Virus record (IMG/VR): IMGVR_UViG_3300042508_000428
Origin: a virus
DNA: 64,000 bases
Direction: 5' to 3' (one strand)
Below the pieces are notes generated by a model. That model ran no database searches. It saw only the letters and a program-made list of their open reading frames with translations, and was not told where the DNA came from. Every line of letters begins with the position of its first letter. Positions within the stretch are counted from its first letter, which is position 1. Positions 32,600 through 42,217 of this stretch are shown here, one piece after another. The position numbers were made by a program, and so were the translations under genes.

Positions 32600-32764
32600 A
32601 TGGCAGATCAAAAACCAAAAGGACACGGACCAGCAAAAGTTGCTCCATTTACACAAAGCCCAGGTACAGGAAAAGGAAGTAATTGGCCAAAACCAGGTGC
32701 TCCAAATACAAAAGGTTTCAGTGAAAAAGTTGGCAAAGGCCACAGCGCTCCAAAGCCAAAATAA
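32600..32764 (+). CDS. 54-aa Gly/Pro/Lys-rich basic protein (MADQKPKGHGPAKVAPF...APKPK; not in ORF track)
   Basis: AGGAGG SD upstream; stop at 32764 followed by GAGGT SD of next gene. Confidence 0.7.
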   Translation: MADQKPKGHGPAKVAPFTQSPGTGKGSNWPKPGAPNTKGFSEKVGKGHSAPKPK

Positions 32765-32773
32765 GAGGTAGTT

Positions 32774-33130
32774 ATGCCTTTTGATCCAAAACAGATTCCT
32801 GCTCTTGAAAAAACAGTTGAGATCAAGTATGGCGAAAAAGCCATACTTGATCCTTCTGTATTTTGGACTGCAGAAAAAGAAAAGATATACCTTGAACAAG
32901 TTAAAGAAGTTGAGAAATATTATCGTCAACAGCCATACGAAAATTACAAAGATCAAGGTGGATTTATTGTTAAAGAAAAACTACTTAATAAGAGGAACTT
33001 TAAAAATTGTTCTTACTGCGGAGAGCAAGCATATAAGACAGACGACGAAGTTTATATGACCAAGTTTGATTGCTGTTCTAAATGCTATGTTATACACCTA
33101 GAAGGAAGAGAATACAAATGGCAGAAATAG
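32774..33130 (+). CDS. Small protein with CxxC...CxxC zinc-finger-like motif
   Basis: KNCSYCGE...DCCSKC; GAGGT SD. Confidence 0.6.
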   Translation: MPFDPKQIPALEKTVEIKYGEKAILDPSVFWTAEKEKIYLEQVKEVEKYYRQQPYENYKDQGGFIVKEKLLNKRNFKNCSYCGEQAYKTDDEVYMTKFDCCSKCYVIHLEGREYKWQK

Positions 33131-33708
33131 TAAACAACGAGGTCCAAAATGATATTTACGAAATTGTCCGTGGGATTAGTCAAGCAGCCTCATTGATGTA
33201 TGATGGACCAACTTATAACGAAGATTCAGATAATAGAGTTGGTCTTAGAAGAGAAGAAGGAAGTTATGCTTTTGATAAAAGAATAATGGATGGTCTTCAT
33301 GTTAAAATGGGTGGAAGAAAATTAACTATTAATTACCACACAGAAGTTCCCTTAGCGTATATTCACAAAGTAGGCGCTGGCAAATACGAAGATGAAGTAG
33401 AAGAAATGTTAGAAAGAGGATTAACTTTTATTAAAAAAGAATTTAAAAAAATTACTGGCAAAACTCTTTCAGTCAAAGAAGCAAAAAGAACTTTAAAGAA
33501 TGGTAAGACAGTTAAGGATTTCGATGTTTTGATTCAACCAGTTTCTCGCTTTAGAACTTCCGTAACAGCACACAAATGTTATGAACTTACGGGTATCCCA
33601 GAAGCAGAAGAATATAAGAGTGAGATTATCGCTCAATACGATAAGTACCATAGCAAACTCTTTAAGAACAAGAAGAAAGCAGAAGAAGCTCCTAAGCGAG
33701 TTGCATGA
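33118..33708 (+). CDS. Hypothetical protein preceding terminase
   Basis: ATG 33118 (MAEIVNNEV) preferred to 33082; stop overlaps terminase start. Confidence 0.55.
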   Translation: MAEIVNNEVQNDIYEIVRGISQAASLMYDGPTYNEDSDNRVGLRREEGSYAFDKRIMDGLHVKMGGRKLTINYHTEVPLAYIHKVGAGKYEDEVEEMLERGLTFIKKEFKKITGKTLSVKEAKRTLKNGKTVKDFDVLIQPVSRFRTSVTAHKCYELTGIPEAEEYKSEIIAQYDKYHSKLFKNKKKAEEAPKRVA

Positions 33709-35285
33709 GTGTCCAATTAACTAAGAAGGAAGTTGTTAAAGAAATAATTAAATGCGGGAAAGACCCCATTTATTTTATCAATAACTTTGTCAAAATTTCC
33801 CATCCAGTTCAAGGACTTATTAGTTTTAAACTTTATCCATTCCAAGAAGATTGTATAAAGCAATTTCAAGATTATAGATTTAATATCGTACTTAAAGCTC
33901 GTCAGATGGGTCTTTCGACTGCAACTGCGGGCTTTATTCTTTGGATGGTATTGTTTCATAGAGAAAAGACTGTCTTATCTGTTGCTACACAATTAAATGT
34001 TGCCGTTGGTATGGTTAAGAAAGTTAAGACCATGTACAAGAATCTTCCAGAGTGGATGAAAATTGCAAAGATTCAGGGAGACAACAAATCCACACTAGAA
34101 CTTAATAATGGTTCTTGGGTCAAGGCGGCGTCCACAACTGGCGACTCTGGTCGTTCTGAAGCACTCTCTTTGCTTGTCGTTGACGAAGCTGGCATCATCC
34201 AGGGTATGGATGAAATGTGGGCTGGTATTTACCCCACGATCGCTACTGGTGGTCGCTGTATTGCAGTATCAACTCCAAAGGGTGTTGGTAACTGGTTTCA
34301 TAAAACATATACTGATGCAGAACAAGGAAAGAATAACTTTAACCCTATTAAATTAAACTGGGACTCACACCCCGACCGAGATCAAAAATGGTTCGATAGC
34401 GAAACAAGAAACATGGGTAAAAAAGAAATTGCCCAAGAATATGAATGCTCTTTTAATTTCTCAGGAAATACGATTGTTGATGGAGAAATTATACAAGAAA
34501 TAAAAATAAACTGTATGAAACCAGATCGTCGTGGTGGATTCGACGGAAACTTGTGGATTTTTAAAGAACCAGAACCAGGTAGAAGATATTTACTTTCTGC
34601 TGACGTTGCCCGTGGCGATGCAGAAGATAATTCAGCATTCCACGTATTTGATGTAGATTCTATGGAACAAGTGGCAGAGTATCAAGGTAAAATAACTCCA
34701 GAACTTTATGCCGACCTTTTGTTTCAAATATCAAAAGACTATGGTCTATGTTTAACAATTGTAGAAAATAACTCCTTTGGATATGGTGTACTGGAAAAAC
34801 TCAAATCAATGAGACATCCATCCATTTACCACCACAAAAAATCAAGTTATGATTTTATTGAGCCAATGACAGCAACATATGATTCCAGCGCTGTTCCTGG
34901 TTTTTCTACTAATGTTAAGATGCGTCCTCTTGCTATTGCAAAAATGGAAGAGTTTTTACGAACCAAGTCTGTAAAAATCAATTCCGAAAGACTAATTACA
35001 GAGTTAGAAACATTTGTTTGGAATAACGGCAAAGCGGAGGCAATTAAAGGTTGTAATGATGATTTAGTAATGTCCCTTGCTATTGCCTGTTGGGTAAGAG
35101 AAGGGGCCTTAATTATTTCCCAAAGAGATGTACAATATCGTCAAGCATTCATAACAGGATTGTCAGTTGGCGGTAGAACATTTGAGTCATCAATACCAGG
35201 AATGCCTCAACATGCTACCGCCGAAAAAAGAAAAAGATGGGCAGAAGCCTACAACAATGCAAGAGAATTTTCTTGGTTAAAGTGA
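33705..35285 (+). CDS. gp17: Terminase large subunit (T4 gp17-like)
   Basis: LKARQMGLST Walker A, LLVVDEAG Walker B, VSTPKG, QEYECSF, nuclease LSADVARG and DDLVMSLAI. Confidence 0.95.
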   Translation: MSVQLTKKEVVKEIIKCGKDPIYFINNFVKISHPVQGLISFKLYPFQEDCIKQFQDYRFNIVLKARQMGLSTATAGFILWMVLFHREKTVLSVATQLNVAVGMVKKVKTMYKNLPEWMKIAKIQGDNKSTLELNNGSWVKAASTTGDSGRSEALSLLVVDEAGIIQGMDEMWAGIYPTIATGGRCIAVSTPKGVGNWFHKTYTDAEQGKNNFNPIKLNWDSHPDRDQKWFDSETRNMGKKEIAQEYECSFNFSGNTIVDGEIIQEIKINCMKPDRRGGFDGNLWIFKEPEPGRRYLLSADVARGDAEDNSAFHVFDVDSMEQVAEYQGKITPELYADLLFQISKDYGLCLTIVENNSFGYGVLEKLKSMRHPSIYHHKKSSYDFIEPMTATYDSSAVPGFSTNVKMRPLAIAKMEEFLRTKSVKINSERLITELETFVWNNGKAEAIKGCNDDLVMSLAIACWVREGALIISQRDVQYRQAFITGLSVGGRTFESSIPGMPQHATAEKRKRWAEAYNNAREFSWLK

Positions 35286-35294
35286 GAATAAAAT

Positions 35295-37346
35295 ATGGCA
35301 GACAAAAAACCAGATTATACAAAAAATATACAAAATCACAACTCTCCTTTGTTCAAGAGACTAACCAAGTTATTTTCTGGTCCTATTGTCAATTTTAGAG
35401 CGCAAAAACCAACAAGAGAAAGAAAATATCAATTAGATAAATATGCTAGTCGTTTTAATTCTCTCCAAGGTTTATCATACAAGAAAAACGTCTACAACCC
35501 ATTTGACTCACTGCGCTCTGGAAACATGGCAATCCAAAGCCGTGCGGAAAGATATGTTGACTTTGAACAAATGGAATTTTATCCAGAGTTAGCATCGGCT
35601 CTTGATGTTTATGCAGATGAAATGACGACCTTTACAGAGGTTTCAAAACTATTAAAGATTGATTGCCATAACGAAGAAATCAAGAACATTATTGACACAT
35701 TGTTCTACAAGACATTAAATATTGAATCAAACCTGTTTAACTGGGCAAGAACAATGTGCAAGTATGGAGATTTCTTTTTATATCTTGATACAGACGAAGT
35801 CTTGGGTGTTAAATCAGCAATTGGTCTTCCTTCTCAAGAGATTGAAAGACTAGAAGGCGAAGATCAAACCAATCCAAACTATATTCAGTTCCAGTGGAAT
35901 GCTGGTGGTTTAACTTTTGAGAACTGGCAGATTGCTCACTTTCGTGTACTGGGTAATGATAAGTATTCTCCCTATGGTACATCTGTATTAGATCCAGCAA
36001 GAAGAATTTGGAGACAATTAATTCTTGTAGAAGATGCAATGATGGCAGCGCGTGTTATTCGTGCTCCAGATAGAAAAGTATTTGAGATCGACGTTTCTGG
36101 TATTCCCCCAGAAGATGTTGAACAATACATGCAGAGAGTCATTACTCAACTCAAAAGACATCAAGTTGTAGATGATACAACAGGGCAAGTAGATCTTCGC
36201 TATAATCCTCTAAGCGTAGAAGAAGATTATTATCTGCCTGTCCGCGCTGGTTCGGCATCCAAGATCACTCCACTTGCCGGTCAAAAAGGTATTGATTCAA
36301 TTGATGATATTAAATACCTAAAAGATAAATTGTTTGCGGCGATTAAGATTCCAAAAGCTTATCTATCTCAATCAGATCAAGGAGGGGAAGATAAATCAAC
36401 ACTTGCTCAGAAAGACATTCGTTTTGCTAGAACAATTCAAAGACTACAAAGAGCAATGCTTTCAGAAATGGAAAAAATTGGTATTGTTCACCTTTATACT
36501 CTTGGATTTAGAGGTGATGATTTAATCTCATTTAAACTTACTCTTAATAATCCTTCTCGTATTGCTCAAATGCAAGAACTAGAGGGATTAAGTCAAAAAC
36601 TTGATGTTGCTTCAAAAGCGCTTGGTGCAAACTTTTTCTCTCGTCAATATGTTTCTAAGAATATATTTGGCATGTCTGACGAAGATTTCGAGAAGATTGA
36701 AAGACAGCGTTTCTACGATAAGAGAGTTGATGCTGCTCTTGAAGCATCTGCTCAAGATACTCCAACAGCAGGAGATATGAGTGGACTTGGCGCACCAGCA
36801 GGCGCAGAAACTCCAACAGCAGGAGCAGAGGCAACGCTTCCAACAGAAGCCCCGGGCGGACTAGGAGCAGGATTAACACCACCAACGCCCGAAGGAGAAA
36901 CACCAGCAGGAGAAACACCAGAGGCAGGAGCAGAAGCCCCACCCGCCCCAGGTGAAGAAGGCGGATCAGCACTATTAGCAGCGCCACCACCAACAGCACC
37001 AGCCAAAAGAGACAGTGTTGTAGCAAGGGACGACAAAGATAAACCAGTTAAAATTGAATATGCCGATGGAGCGTACATAACTCTTGGTTCAAAGGGCAAA
37101 AAATATAAACCAGTTGATGATGACAAAAGAGAAGATCGCGGACCATTTACAAGACATGTTAAATCTTTATGGGGAAGTCAAGCGTATGGTAAGAACTCCA
37201 AGAGAAATACTTTCGGATTTGGATATGTTACATCAGATCGTTTAGCAAAAGGTATTGCAGAGTCAATTGATACTAATTATAATAAGTCAGCCGAGGATCA
37301 ATTAAATAAACTTGACCGGGATTTAGAAACCATAATGGAAGAGTAA
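35295..37346 (+). CDS. gp20: Portal protein (T4 gp20-like) with long disordered C-terminal extension
   Basis: KYGDFFL, ARRIWRQLILVEDAMMAARVIRAPDRKVFEIDV, EEDYYLPVR, IDDIKYL, FARTIQRLQ. Confidence 0.95.
   Translation: MADKKPDYTKNIQNHNSPLFKRLTKLFSGPIVNFRAQKPTRERKYQLDKYASRFNSLQGLSYKKNVYNPFDSLRSGNMAIQSRAERYVDFEQMEFYPELASALDVYADEMTTFTEVSKLLKIDCHNEEIKNIIDTLFYKTLNIESNLFNWARTMCKYGDFFLYLDTDEVLGVKSAIGLPSQEIERLEGEDQTNPNYIQFQWNAGGLTFENWQIAHFRVLGNDKYSPYGTSVLDPARRIWRQLILVEDAMMAARVIRAPDRKVFEIDVSGIPPEDVEQYMQRVITQLKRHQVVDDTTGQVDLRYNPLSVEEDYYLPVRAGSASKITPLAGQKGIDSIDDIKYLKDKLFAAIKIPKAYLSQSDQGGEDKSTLAQKDIRFARTIQRLQRAMLSEMEKIGIVHLYTLGFRGDDLISFKLTLNNPSRIAQMQELEGLSQKLDVASKALGANFFSRQYVSKNIFGMSDEDFEKIERQRFYDKRVDAALEASAQDTPTAGDMSGLGAPAGAETPTAGAEATLPTEAPGGLGAGLTPPTPEGETPAGETPEAGAEAPPAPGEEGGSALLAAPPPTAPAKRDSVVARDDKDKPVKIEYADGAYITLGSKGKKYKPVDDDKREDRGPFTRHVKSLWGSQAYGKNSKRNTFGFGYVTSDRLAKGIAESIDTNYNKSAEDQLNKLDRDLETIMEE
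36740..37000 (+). repeat. Low-complexity Pro/Ala/Gly/Glu repeats in portal C-terminus
   Basis: Repeated ctccaacagcaggag / acaccagcaggag units encoding TPTAG, ETPAG, ETPEAG. Confidence 0.75.
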
Positions 37347-37348
37347 AA

Positions 37349-38167
37349 ATGAAGATAAACCACAATAAAAAAAGAAATACATTATTTTTATACGAAGCTC
37401 TTGTAAGAGAATACACAAAAGCAAAATTAGATAATGATCCAAGAAAATTACAAGAGATTCGTAATTTATTTGTGGAATATTTTTCAGAAGGAAAAGTTCT
37501 CAAAGAAGAACTAAAAATTTATAAAGCCGTTCTTGAAACAAAAAATGTAGATAAAGAATTGGCAGAAAGAATTTTATCAGAAGCGAAAAGAATGTATTCT
37601 GGTCTTGGAATGGATAAAGTGTTCCAACAACAGAGTTCTTTGATCGCTAAAGTTAATCGTTCGTTAACTCCTAAGTTTTTTGCAAATTATGTTCCAAACT
37701 ATAAAGATATTGCTACTCTTCAACAAATCTTTGGAGAAAAAGTTTCCATTCCAGCAAGAATGTTGATGGAGAGACAAGCGATTGAGAAGATGACAGTTGG
37801 TGAACAAACATTAGATCAAATTAATGAGAAAATTGATAAGTATGTTGTTCATAGTTATTTAAATGCTTTTAACAAAAAATACTCTGATCTATTAGAAAAC
37901 CAGAAGTCTTTATTGAAGAAATATATGACTGCAACAGAAGATGATAATACTGATTTTGTTGTTTTCTTAAACGAAGAATTACAAAACATTTCTTCTAAAT
38001 TAAATACTGCTCACAATGTTGCAGAGATTAAAGAAGACAAAGAAATTCTAAAGAAATTAGTCGAAGTCAAAAAGAGATTTAACACTCTCAAAGATGAAGA
38101 AATTGACGAGAAGTATCTACAAAAGATCCTTAAATTCCAAAAACTCGTCAATGAATTAGAGAACTAA
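37349..38167 (+). CDS. Conserved-type hypothetical head-module protein
   Basis: 272 aa, helical, N-terminal HNKKRNT...LYEALVRE; follows portal. Confidence 0.55.
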   Translation: MKINHNKKRNTLFLYEALVREYTKAKLDNDPRKLQEIRNLFVEYFSEGKVLKEELKIYKAVLETKNVDKELAERILSEAKRMYSGLGMDKVFQQQSSLIAKVNRSLTPKFFANYVPNYKDIATLQQIFGEKVSIPARMLMERQAIEKMTVGEQTLDQINEKIDKYVVHSYLNAFNKKYSDLLENQKSLLKKYMTATEDDNTDFVVFLNEELQNISSKLNTAHNVAEIKEDKEILKKLVEVKKRFNTLKDEEIDEKYLQKILKFQKLVNELEN

Positions 38168-38170
38168 AAT

Positions 38171-38782
38171 ATGGCAATAACTATTAAAATAACAGACAAT
38201 GAAGTTGCAGCTGCTGGTGTTAATCCAGAAGATATTGGAACACCTATAGGTGCAACTGAAGAACCAAAGAAAGAAGAAATTAAAATTATCTTTGGACCAA
38301 GGTTCTTAAAAGTTAAACTTAATATAAGAAAAACTTTGGACAATAATATTGTTATTTACGATCATCCTTTAATTGATATAGTAGTTATTCCATCTAAGAA
38401 TAAAATATTCACAATTCCAAAAGATAATGTAACATCTGATACATATCCTGCTCAAAATAGATATTTTAAGTTCCTAGATACCAAAGGAGTTTTGGTTAAA
38501 GGAACCATTAGAAGTGGAGCGATAATAAATTCACTAGAATCATTTTATCCGCCAAACGATAAGATTGATGTTTTACAAGTTATAATTCTTCTTACCAAGA
38601 GATTTCTTGAAAAAGAAATGGAGTTTATTGATATAGCAAAGAATTATGAAGAAAATGTAGAAGATATGTATGTCAATCCAGACGAAGAAGACACAACAGA
38701 ACTTGGTGAAGTTCCACAAAAACCAAGAAAGGGACATGTAAATATCTATCAAACTGCTTATGGTATTCTGTACAGAGTGTAG
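38171..38782 (+). CDS. Hypothetical protein
   Basis: 203 aa in head operon. Confidence 0.5.
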   Translation: MAITIKITDNEVAAAGVNPEDIGTPIGATEEPKKEEIKIIFGPRFLKVKLNIRKTLDNNIVIYDHPLIDIVVIPSKNKIFTIPKDNVTSDTYPAQNRYFKFLDTKGVLVKGTIRSGAIINSLESFYPPNDKIDVLQVIILLTKRFLEKEMEFIDIAKNYEENVEDMYVNPDEEDTTELGEVPQKPRKGHVNIYQTAYGILYRV

Positions 38783-38789
38783 GTGAAGA

Positions 38790-41414
38790 ATGCCTATTAA
38801 TAATTCAAACTTAAAAAAGGGCATTAGTTTAGTAGGTATTTCTTCTCCTGCTAATTTAAAGATTTATCCAACTGGATCTTATGTTATTCCACCAGGAACA
38901 GATGGTTATGTGTTACAATCTGATTCTACTTCTCTAACTGGATTCTCTTGGGTTTCTGCAAGCGGTGGAGGTGGTGGTGGCTCTCCTACTGGCAATGCAG
39001 GAGGGGATTTAACAGGTTCCTATCCAAATCCAACATTAAAGACAATAACTACCGCCGCAACATCTGGTTCTGCTTCCGTGGTTCCTGTCGTGACAGTGGA
39101 TGCAAAAGGCAGAGTAACAGGCATGTCCTCTGCAAACATTGCCATTTCTCAATCTGCTGTTGCAAATTTAACAACCGATTTGTCCTCTAAACTTGCCTTA
39201 ACTGGCGGAACAATGACAGGAAATTTAAATATTTCTGCCGGAAATCAATTGTTTTTACAGGGAGTAGGAAATCTTCGTCTTGGTGTTGGGTTTTCTGTTG
39301 GAAATTTTTCTAATGCAAATGCAGTTGTAGAATTTAAACCGAGCACTTCTTCTAGGTTTACCTTTTTGGATAATGTAAATGGAGCATTAAAAAATCCAGT
39401 TCTCGCCCTTTGTAATTTGGACGGAGCAGGAAAAGGAATGGCATTGTTTGCTGATTCAAATTCGTCAGCATTCATCTATAGTGATAACGGAAATTTTGAC
39501 ATTACAAGCGATACAAAGGCTCGCATTGAAGCATCAACCTTTGGTTTAGGAACTTTAAGATTTCGGGTTGATAATAGTGGTTCTGCTTATGTTACAAATA
39601 AAATGTATGTCGGTGGCACGGTTGTACCAACAGCATTAATACATCTTAAAGCAGGAACAGCGACAGCAAATACAGCGCCTTTGAAATTTGCATCTGGTTC
39701 TCTTCTGACCTCGCCAGAAGCCGGTGCTGTTGAGTTTAATGGAGATAATCTTTACCTAACTATTACAAGCAGCACTGCCCGTAAAAACATTCTTTTAGCA
39801 GATAATGGTCTAACATTCGGACAAATTCCTTTTACAACAGGAAGCGGCAGATTGGCAGGAAGCTCTGCTTTGACATACACAGCAAGCAATTCAACTTTGA
39901 ACATGTCTTTCAATCAAAGCGCAAGAACTGCTATGATTGTTACAAACAACAGCACAAATCCTGCTGGTGAAGCTGGATTTTCTGGTGTAACAACTGCGGG
40001 AACAGCTTTCTTCGGGATGGGAAGTAGCGCAAGCTCAAAATCCGCCGGTATTTTAATTTATACAAACGAGTCAGTTCCTGTGTCGTTTTGGAATAATAAT
40101 ACCCGCGCCATGACCATAAATACCTCACAGCAACTTGGTATTGGTGTTTCTAATGCTACTGCGAATTTACATATAAAAGCAGGAACGGCAACTGCAAACA
40201 CAGCGCCTTTGAAATTTAACTCTGGAACTCTACTTGGTACAGCAGAAGCGGGTGCTATTGAATTTTTAACTGATAAGTATTATGCTTCAATTACAACTGG
40301 TCCTTCAAGAAAAGAAATTGCTTTAAGCGAAGGTCTAACATCTGGTCGAGTTCCTTTTGCCACAACAAATGGAAGATTAACAGATAATGCCAATCTAACA
40401 TATAACACAACAAACCTAATGTTGATGAGTGGTTCGTTTATGACTTCGCCAACATCAGGTGTTACTGCTTCAATTAGTGTTTTTGGTTCTGGAACTGTTG
40501 GTGGTTCTACATACCTTGATTTTATGCGTGTTACAAATGCTTCTTCTGGGGCAGGAACTCCCGCTAAAACATTTAGAGTGGATAATAGTGGTTCGCTTGA
40601 AATAGTAAATAATGCTTATAATCAAGTATTACTTTCTTTAACCGACAACGGAAATCTTTCTGTAAACGGAACCACAGCAGCAACAGTTGTAAGCAATGAT
40701 GCAACTTCTGGTTCTTTGAGATTCAATAACAATAATAGTCAAATATATGACGACGGAAATTTCCACATTCATTCTAGAGGCACTGGACAATCATTGTGGA
40801 TTAATGCGAATAGTGGTTCAATTATTATAGGAAATCAAAGTCCCGTTTCTGGTGGAGCAGCAGCAACTGCAATCACAATGGGTTCTTCTACAACCGCAAC
40901 TGCATACGTAAGTATGTATGGTAGCAAAACTTACACCATAGGTAGTTATGGTTATGTTTTTGCCGGTGGTGCTGGTGGACCATTAAGCGGCACAACAGCA
41001 CCATATACTTTATATTGCGATAATCGTATTCAATGTTCAGAACTTGATGCAACATCTGATGAAAGATTAAAAGACATACAAGGAGAAATTCCGCTACAAG
41101 AAGCCATTGATTTGGTAAACAATGTAAAGCCTATCAAGTTTACTTGGAAAGACGGCGAAGATAAAGGATTAAAAACAGGTTTCTCTGCACAACAAACTCA
41201 TAAAGCCGGATTCGACCATTTAGTCGGAGCAATTAAAAATGAAAAGGTGAAAGAAGAGATTGACGAAGACGGATTTGTAAGCCCAGATCAAGTTCAACTT
41301 ACAATCGCTTATGACCAAGTAATCCCATATCACACAGCAGTAATAAAACATTTATTAGAGAAGATTGAAAAACTGGAACAAACTGTGGCAGAATTACAAG
41401 CAAAGAATAAATAA
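38790..41414 (+). CDS. Fibre/spike protein with C-terminal intramolecular chaperone (peptidase S74-like)
   Basis: Gly/Ser/Thr/Ala-rich body, GGDLTGSYPNPTL fibre motif, autocleavage motif TSDERLKD at ~41055, GFSAQQ and terminal coiled coil. Confidence 0.85.
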   Translation: MPINNSNLKKGISLVGISSPANLKIYPTGSYVIPPGTDGYVLQSDSTSLTGFSWVSASGGGGGGSPTGNAGGDLTGSYPNPTLKTITTAATSGSASVVPVVTVDAKGRVTGMSSANIAISQSAVANLTTDLSSKLALTGGTMTGNLNISAGNQLFLQGVGNLRLGVGFSVGNFSNANAVVEFKPSTSSRFTFLDNVNGALKNPVLALCNLDGAGKGMALFADSNSSAFIYSDNGNFDITSDTKARIEASTFGLGTLRFRVDNSGSAYVTNKMYVGGTVVPTALIHLKAGTATANTAPLKFASGSLLTSPEAGAVEFNGDNLYLTITSSTARKNILLADNGLTFGQIPFTTGSGRLAGSSALTYTASNSTLNMSFNQSARTAMIVTNNSTNPAGEAGFSGVTTAGTAFFGMGSSASSKSAGILIYTNESVPVSFWNNNTRAMTINTSQQLGIGVSNATANLHIKAGTATANTAPLKFNSGTLLGTAEAGAIEFLTDKYYASITTGPSRKEIALSEGLTSGRVPFATTNGRLTDNANLTYNTTNLMLMSGSFMTSPTSGVTASISVFGSGTVGGSTYLDFMRVTNASSGAGTPAKTFRVDNSGSLEIVNNAYNQVLLSLTDNGNLSVNGTTAATVVSNDATSGSLRFNNNNSQIYDDGNFHIHSRGTGQSLWINANSGSIIIGNQSPVSGGAAATAITMGSSTTATAYVSMYGSKTYTIGSYGYVFAGGAGGPLSGTTAPYTLYCDNRIQCSELDATSDERLKDIQGEIPLQEAIDLVNNVKPIKFTWKDGEDKGLKTGFSAQQTHKAGFDHLVGAIKNEKVKEEIDEDGFVSPDQVQLTIAYDQVIPYHTAVIKHLLEKIEKLEQTVAELQAKNK
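39627..40405 (+). repeat. Internal duplication (~85 aa) in fibre gene: ~39627-39880 and ~40155-40405
   Basis: HLKAGTATANTAPLKFASGSLLTSPEAGAVEF...GRLAGSSALTY versus HIKAGTATANTAPLKFNSGTLLGTAEAGAIEF...GRLTDNANLTY. Confidence 0.9.
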
Positions 41415-41426
41415 GGGAGCAATAAA

Positions 41427-41618
41427 ATGGAAATAACTGTTATTATAAAATTACCAGACGGCACTACAAAAACAGTAGAACTTGTAGGAGCAAATATAAA
41501 TACAACTTGGAACAGTACCGTACCATATAATCCATCTTTAACACCAGATGCTCCAATCGTAGGACATCTATCATTGCAAGGTATAATAAAAGATAGTTTA
41601 TTGGTTGGTTCAGTTTAA
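41427..41618 (+). CDS. Small hypothetical protein
   Basis: 63 aa, GGAG SD. Confidence 0.55.
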   Translation: MEITVIIKLPDGTTKTVELVGANINTTWNSTVPYNPSLTPDAPIVGHLSLQGIIKDSLLVGSV

Positions 41619-41628
41619 TAGAGGAACA

Positions 41629-41976
41629 ATGCTACAACTAATTTATTTTATTCTCGTTTCTTACGGTTTAACCCAAATACTTTGTTATGGTAGTATATTA
41701 AATCCAATAAGACCAACAAAAGGTAAACTTGGAGAACTATTCAAGTGTCCTATGTGTATGGGATTTTGGGTAGGAATGTTCCTATGTGGCATTTCGCCAT
41801 ATACAGAACTATTTAGTTTTGGACAGACATTTATTAATTTTATCCTGTTGGGGTGCTTAAGTTCAGGAACAAGCTACATACTGAACATGGGAGTAAGCGA
41901 TGACGGCTTTAATTTTAAAATCAAATCAGGGAGTCAACCTCTGGACAAACAAGTGGATGAAAAGACCACCAACTAA
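41629..41976 (+). CDS. Small membrane protein with CPMC motif (DUF1360-like)
   Basis: Three hydrophobic segments; ELFKCPMCMGFWVG; GAGG SD supports ATG 41629. Confidence 0.55.
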   Translation: MLQLIYFILVSYGLTQILCYGSILNPIRPTKGKLGELFKCPMCMGFWVGMFLCGISPYTELFSFGQTFINFILLGCLSSGTSYILNMGVSDDGFNFKIKSGSQPLDKQVDEKTTN

Positions 41977-41997
41977 TTGTAAGGGCGGGTGCTGACT

Positions 41998-42216
41998 ATG
42001 AAAATATCATATGAAAGATTAAATGAAATTATTGAAGAAGAAGTTTCTAGATTTAAAAATTTAAATGAACAAGTTGGTAATCCAACTCCTGTTGATTCTT
42101 CTACATTAAAACAACTAAATAGTTTGCTTGATGACGCAAGAAAATTTGCCACGATGAACCAAGCAAATGCTCTCGCAGTAATTTCAGCTGTTTCAAAATT
42201 TAAGGCAACACCATAA
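41998..42216 (+). CDS. Small putative internal head protein
   Basis: MKISYERLNEIIEEEVSRFKNLNEQ with L/I-x-E motifs; adjacent to prohead protease. Confidence 0.45.
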   Translation: MKISYERLNEIIEEEVSRFKNLNEQVGNPTPVDSSTLKQLNSLLDDARKFATMNQANALAVISAVSKFKATP

Positions 42217-42217
42217 T

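Noticed and set aside
32594-32956. Minus-strand ORFs 32594..32956 and 32608..32844
   Set aside because: The plus-strand 54-aa ORF with AGGAGG SD explains this region better.
36655-37126. Two minus-strand ORFs over the portal C-terminus
   Set aside because: Antisense shadows of low-complexity codons.
39627-40405. Diversity-generating retroelement TR/VR pair
   Set aside because: Repeat copies differ mainly at synonymous positions of all base types, both are in-frame inside the gene, and no reverse transcriptase is in the window.
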